Positions 59,523 through 64,000 of a stretch of DNA of 64,000 bases are shown here, piece by piece (position 1 is the stretch's first letter; every line of letters begins with the position of its first letter). The translations under genes and the position numbers were made by a program. The stretch is from Alkalispirochaeta sp. (GTDB lineage Bacteria > Spirochaetota > Spirochaetia > DSM-27196 > Alkalispirochaetaceae): positions 4,896,001-4,960,000 of the forward strand of contig OZ271854.1 of assembly GCA_965601925.1 (NCBI GenBank). Direction: 5' to 3'. The notes under the pieces were generated by a model that was not told where the DNA came from, did not search any database, and saw only the letters and a list, made by a program, of their open reading frames with translations.

Positions 59523-60857
59523 ATGAATATGGGAAAATGTGCATTGCTGATTCTGTGCGTGACAGCTCTCTCCACAACGCCGATGTATGCCCGAGGAGCG
59601 AACGAAGCGCAGTCCGAGGACGGCGGAACGATCGTGCTGGAAGTGTGGGATCAGTTCACCGACGAGGCGGGCGGGCCCGCGGCGGAACAGTTAGCTCGAA
59701 TGTTCGAGGAGCGGTATCCCAATGTCGTTGTTGAACGCACCGCATTCGGTGACGCGGGGGAGCTCTCGGATATCCTACGCCCCGCACTTACCTCCGGCAC
59801 CGGTCCGGACGTGATTTACTCGGAGATGGGTATCGGTTTTCTCGGCAACCTGGCCCGCGCCGGTGCGATCATGGATCTCACCGACGTATGGAGGGAGCGT
59901 GGCTGGGACGAGATACTGTATCCGCTCTCCAAAGACGTCCCGACGTTCGGTGGAAGAACATTCGGTGTCGGGAGTCAGCTCGAGTTCGTTCCGATCTACT
60001 ACAACGCTGCGCTTTTGGAGGATCTCGGCTTGGCACCGCCCCAGACGATCGCGGAGTTGGAAGCGCTCGCAGAAGCGGCAAAGGCCGCCGGACTCTATCC
60101 CTTTGCGTGGGGTGGGCGCGATTGGTGGGCACAATCGAACCTCATTAATGCGATCCTCTGGGCATATGTAGGGGAGGAAATCGCCGAGAGCGGCATGTTC
60201 GATGGGGGAAGCTGGGATCGCCGCGAGGTGGTTGAAGCGATTGAGGCGTTCCTGCGGTGGCACGGGGCGGGCTACTTCTTGCCCAATGCCGAGGCGATCG
60301 GCTACGACGAAATGCACGTGGAGTTCTACCAACAGGACGCGGTGATGCATCCCGTCGGAAACTGGATGATCGGACAGTATTCACAGAATATCGGCGACCG
60401 CTTTCCGATCCGATCGATGGTATGGCCCGTGCCGGCGGGCAGAACACCGACGGCGATCTCCTTTGTCGGATCGGGCTACATCATCAGCGCCGACACATCG
60501 CATCCCCAAGCCGCAATCGACTATGTCGACTTTCTCATGACCGATCCGGAAGCCGCACGCGTCTGGTATGAGGTCGCGGAGTTCATCCCCCCACTCCGAG
60601 ACGGACTCCCCGACGATCTGAACATCAATCCGCTCCTGCAAGAGACGCTCGACGCATTGGGCGGGAGCGAGGTGGATGTCGTAGCAGGTCTCGCTATGGC
60701 GGCGCCGCCGGAGGTGATGACCTTCCTGCAAAGCTCCGCAGCACGTCTGATGACCGATCAGCTTACCGCTCGAGAGTGGGTCGATGAGTTCGAGCGACTG
60801 TGGCAGGAGAGTCGTGAGCAAGGACTCACGAAGGACACGTTCACGCTATCACCGTAG
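59523..60857 (+). CDS. Carbohydrate ABC transporter substrate-binding protein
   Basis: Signal ending YARGANE; FEERYPNVVV, GPDV, IYYNAALLEDLG; GGGAGG RBS. Confidence 0.92.
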   Translation: MNMGKCALLILCVTALSTTPMYARGANEAQSEDGGTIVLEVWDQFTDEAGGPAAEQLARMFEERYPNVVVERTAFGDAGELSDILRPALTSGTGPDVIYSEMGIGFLGNLARAGAIMDLTDVWRERGWDEILYPLSKDVPTFGGRTFGVGSQLEFVPIYYNAALLEDLGLAPPQTIAELEALAEAAKAAGLYPFAWGGRDWWAQSNLINAILWAYVGEEIAESGMFDGGSWDRREVVEAIEAFLRWHGAGYFLPNAEAIGYDEMHVEFYQQDAVMHPVGNWMIGQYSQNIGDRFPIRSMVWPVPAGRTPTAISFVGSGYIISADTSHPQAAIDYVDFLMTDPEAARVWYEVAEFIPPLRDGLPDDLNINPLLQETLDALGGSEVDVVAGLAMAAPPEVMTFLQSSAARLMTDQLTAREWVDEFERLWQESREQGLTKDTFTLSP

Positions 60858-60914
60858 TGCCGGACCGTGTGGACGACGTGCAGAGCATCCGGCGCGAGGA
60901 GGTACGACAAACCC

Positions 60915-61832
60915 ATGACGACGGTAGAACGGAAACGAAGAAGAGCGGCGCATAGGATCTACGGCCGTCCGCTCGTCGCGTTTGCACTCATTGCGCCGAC
61001 CGTCGCGTACCTCGGACTACTGATCTTCTATCCCATCGCATCATCGATCAACCTGAGCTTCTTTCGGTGGCCGGGGATCGGTCGGCGCGAGTTTGTCGGC
61101 TTCGGCAACTATATCGAGGCGTTCTCGGACACCACGGTGCATCGCGCGTTTCTGAACAACGTTCTCTATACGATCGGCATACTCGCTGTTGCGGTGATTC
61201 CGGGATTACTGCTGGCCGCAGCCCTTGCCGGCGGTATAAAGGGGCGGACGGTGTATCAGACCGTCTTCTTCTTTCCCCGCCTCCTCTCCCAGGTCATCGT
61301 TTCGGTACTGTGGAGCTGGATCTACAATCCGAACTTCGGATTGCTGAATACTCTCCTTCGACACCTGGGGTTGAATCGGCTTGCGCTGGGTTGGCTCGGA
61401 CATCCGACGTGGGCGCTCCCTTCCGTGGTAGTCGCCGCCGGATGGACGTACTTCGGCTTTTGCATGGTAATCTTTCTTGCGGCTCTCCAGAGTACAAGCC
61501 AAGATCTCAATGATGCGGCGATAATCGATGGTGCCGGCGCCGTACAAACCTTTTTTAACGTTACCGTTCCGCAGATAAGAACGGTCATAACGATGGTCAT
61601 TATGTACACTATAATCGACTCATTCAAAGTATTTGACATTATTTATATGATGACTCGCGGCGGCCCCGGAGATAGGACACAGATAATGGCGACCTATCTC
61701 TACCGCGAGTCCTTTCGACACAGTCGGTTCGGCTACGGAGCGACGATCGCCGTCTTGCTCACTGTATTTGTGGTCACCGTCGCCGTGCTCTTTCAGCGTA
61801 TACGCGAACGGGAGGATCGTCGATGGCGGTAG
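60915..61832 (+). CDS. Carbohydrate ABC transporter permease (UgpA/MalF-like)
   Basis: FVGFGNY, DAAIIDGA, SFKVFDIIYMMTRGGPG. Confidence 0.94.
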   Translation: MTTVERKRRRAAHRIYGRPLVAFALIAPTVAYLGLLIFYPIASSINLSFFRWPGIGRREFVGFGNYIEAFSDTTVHRAFLNNVLYTIGILAVAVIPGLLLAAALAGGIKGRTVYQTVFFFPRLLSQVIVSVLWSWIYNPNFGLLNTLLRHLGLNRLALGWLGHPTWALPSVVVAAGWTYFGFCMVIFLAALQSTSQDLNDAAIIDGAGAVQTFFNVTVPQIRTVITMVIMYTIIDSFKVFDIIYMMTRGGPGDRTQIMATYLYRESFRHSRFGYGATIAVLLTVFVVTVAVLFQRIREREDRRWR

Positions 61833-62659
61833 TCGGTTATCGTTCGTCGAGGATCATGCTCTACGTCACCCTGACGGTGGTCGCGGCCTACACGCTCATT
61901 CCGCTGGTGACACTGGTGATGACCGCGATACGCGCCTCGGGAAACCTCGCCCTCGGCCCCTTCACGCTCCCCCAACGTCTCGCCCCGATCGGCAACGTTC
62001 GCGCGGCGTGGATCGGCGGTCGCTTCAACGAGTATACCCTCAACAGCGTCCTGATTACGGTACCGAGCGTCGCAATCGTCCTGTTCTTGGCGACGCTCGC
62101 AGGCTACGCCTTCGGCAAGATGCGCTTTCCCTTTCGCGACGTTCTGTTCTATCTCGTACTTGTGGGCATGATGGTTCCCTTCCAAGCGGTGATGATACCG
62201 CAGTACTTCTTAATGAATCGGTTACGACTCCTGAACAACCACTGGGCCGCCATTCTCTCGATCAGCGCCTTGGGTGTCCCGTTCGGCATTTTCATGATGC
62301 GTTCGTTCTTCATGGGCTTACCAAACGAACTCATCGAGTCTGCCAAACTGGATGGGGCCACCGACATACAGACGTTCCGGCTCGTTATGCTGCCGCTGAC
62401 CTATCCCGCATGGGCCTCTCTATTGGTGTTTCAGACGATGTGGTCGTGGAACAACTTCCTCGTACCGCTGCTTTTCATCTACGACGACTCGCTGCGACCA
62501 ATTCCTCTGGGGCTCATGCAGTTCCAAGGCCGGTACACCATGGACTATACCCTCGTCGCCGCTGCGGTGCTGATTGCGCTGCTTCCGCTCGTCGTGCTCT
62601 ATGCGATCCTTCAGCGAACATTTGTAGGAGGTATCACTATGGGGGCTCTCAAGGGATGA
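61823..62659 (+). CDS. Carbohydrate ABC transporter permease (UgpE/MalG-like)
   Basis: ELIESAKLDGA, WNNFLVP, GITMGALKG. Confidence 0.94.
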   Translation: MAVVGYRSSRIMLYVTLTVVAAYTLIPLVTLVMTAIRASGNLALGPFTLPQRLAPIGNVRAAWIGGRFNEYTLNSVLITVPSVAIVLFLATLAGYAFGKMRFPFRDVLFYLVLVGMMVPFQAVMIPQYFLMNRLRLLNNHWAAILSISALGVPFGIFMMRSFFMGLPNELIESAKLDGATDIQTFRLVMLPLTYPAWASLLVFQTMWSWNNFLVPLLFIYDDSLRPIPLGLMQFQGRYTMDYTLVAAAVLIALLPLVVLYAILQRTFVGGITMGALKG

Positions 62660-62770
62660 CTCGATCAATGCAGTGCACGTCGGCGCCGCCGGCTCACCAT
62701 ACACCGTGATAATCCTGGCATTTCCAAAAAACGCTGTTTTTGGGAGGTGTCTGAACGAAAAGGAAGGGCG

Positions 62771-63865
62771 ATGGACAACGGATTGTACGACAAGATCTAC
62801 GGCAGTTTGATCGGCGCCGGCATCGGCGACGCGTTGGGAGCCCCGGTCGAGGGGTGGTACTGGAAGGAAATTCGGGAGAAGTACGGCCGTATCGAGGAGT
62901 TTTTGCCCTTCGAGACCGGCTACTCCGACGGTTCTCCGGGTACCTTCACCGACGATTCCGTACTCCGCCACTATCTTGCCGTGGCGATTATCGAACGGGG
63001 CGGCCGCATACTTCCCGACGATTGGGGACGCTTTTGGGCGGAACGGGTCAACACCGATCGGCTGTGGGTCAATGAGTCGCTGGCCGCCATTAAGCTTAAA
63101 CAGGGGATGAACCCGTGGTTCACCGGTGAAGGCTCGATTCCGTGCGGGTGCGGCGCGATGATGATCTCCCCGATCGGCATCGTCAACGCCGCCGATCCGA
63201 CACAAGCGTTTCAAGACGGCATGAACATCGCCGGTGTCAACGTGCACGGCCGCGATCAGGAGGCCGCGGCGAGCGTTGCCGCGGCAACTGCGGCTGCATT
63301 TGCGCCCGGCGCGACGGTCGACTCGATCATTCAAGCGATGTACGAGCACAGCTCCTGGTTCATGCGACGAGCGTACGACTTCACCATGGAGCTGGCGCGT
63401 AGCAGCGGCTCCGTCGACGCTTTTACAGAGCGATACTACACGGCGATGCTCGATTGGTCGTGGCCACAACCGGACTGGAACAAGGATCACTTCTTCAGCG
63501 GCAACAGCCACGAGTTTGTGCCCGTTGTCATGGCGCTGCTGTTTCTCTGCCGCGGGAACCCCGACCGGTGCATCATCGAAGGAGCGAGCTTCGGCCGTGA
63601 CTGCGATACGATCGCCTCCATTCTCGGAGGCATCGTCGGCGCCCTACACGGGGCGTCTTCTATACGACAAACGTGGATCGAACAGTGCGAGCGGGCAAAT
63701 CGCCCCTTCTACAACGAGGTGGAGGGGAGTCCGGATGCAACGCTCAGCCGCGTCGCCGAGCGTCTTGTCACCGTCCTGCGCAACGAGCAGGCTCATGCAA
63801 ACGCGAGAGGCGCCCAACTCGAACAGTTACTGTCGGGGCGGAATGTCGCTCATCGGCCGCATTGA
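62771..63865 (+). CDS. ADP-ribosylglycohydrolase family protein
   Basis: GDALGAPVE, TDDS, GAMMISPIG, GRDCDTIASILG. Confidence 0.93.
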   Translation: MDNGLYDKIYGSLIGAGIGDALGAPVEGWYWKEIREKYGRIEEFLPFETGYSDGSPGTFTDDSVLRHYLAVAIIERGGRILPDDWGRFWAERVNTDRLWVNESLAAIKLKQGMNPWFTGEGSIPCGCGAMMISPIGIVNAADPTQAFQDGMNIAGVNVHGRDQEAAASVAAATAAAFAPGATVDSIIQAMYEHSSWFMRRAYDFTMELARSSGSVDAFTERYYTAMLDWSWPQPDWNKDHFFSGNSHEFVPVVMALLFLCRGNPDRCIIEGASFGRDCDTIASILGGIVGALHGASSIRQTWIEQCERANRPFYNEVEGSPDATLSRVAERLVTVLRNEQAHANARGAQLEQLLSGRNVAHRPH

Positions 63866-64000
63866 TAGGAGAGCGCAGCTACGAACTAAAAATGAAAAGG
63901 CTGTAAATAAGGACGCCGCGAAGCTTGCCCCGACCCATTTTCCTGCGACGGTGTACGAGATCGACCCCTTCATGTCTCCGGGATATGGTGCCGCTTTTAC

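Overview
This is a GC-rich bacterial chromosome segment, most likely from a free-living spirochaete (inferred from gene content and the 'xARGxxE' signal motif of the sugar-binding protein). The left end carries a PhyH dioxygenase, an AraC regulator, nrdR and tRNA-Met(CAT). From about 3.0 to 24.2 kb lies a headless Mu-like contractile tail locus. It has sheath, tube, a chaperone with an intact -1 slippery site, an only ~128-aa gene at the tape-measure position, gpN, gp44/45/46, TWO baseplate wedge sets (gp47/gp48) and FOUR tail-fibre genes in two N-terminal classes, one of them tipped with an FG-GAP propeller. A BrnT-type toxin-antitoxin pair sits inside the locus, and a divergent 870-aa candidate membrane-active cargo protein sits beside it. 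No capsid, portal, terminase, integrase, replication or lysis genes are recognisable, so this is a candidate undescribed tailocin/contractile injection system. Two small islets follow, each bracketed by a ~110-120-bp duplication of the 3' end of a host CDS. The rest is mostly core: adenylate cyclase, HD hydrolase, ttcA, ComFB, a three-gene outer-membrane barrel cluster with a SprA-like giant, mutL, the glycerol genes glpK/glpF with a three-subunit G3P dehydrogenase, tRNA-Pro(GGG) followed by tRNA-fragment repeats, and a LacI/sugar ABC/ADP-ribosylglycohydrolase cluster. All family assignments come from motifs and gene order recognised by eye; no searches were run.
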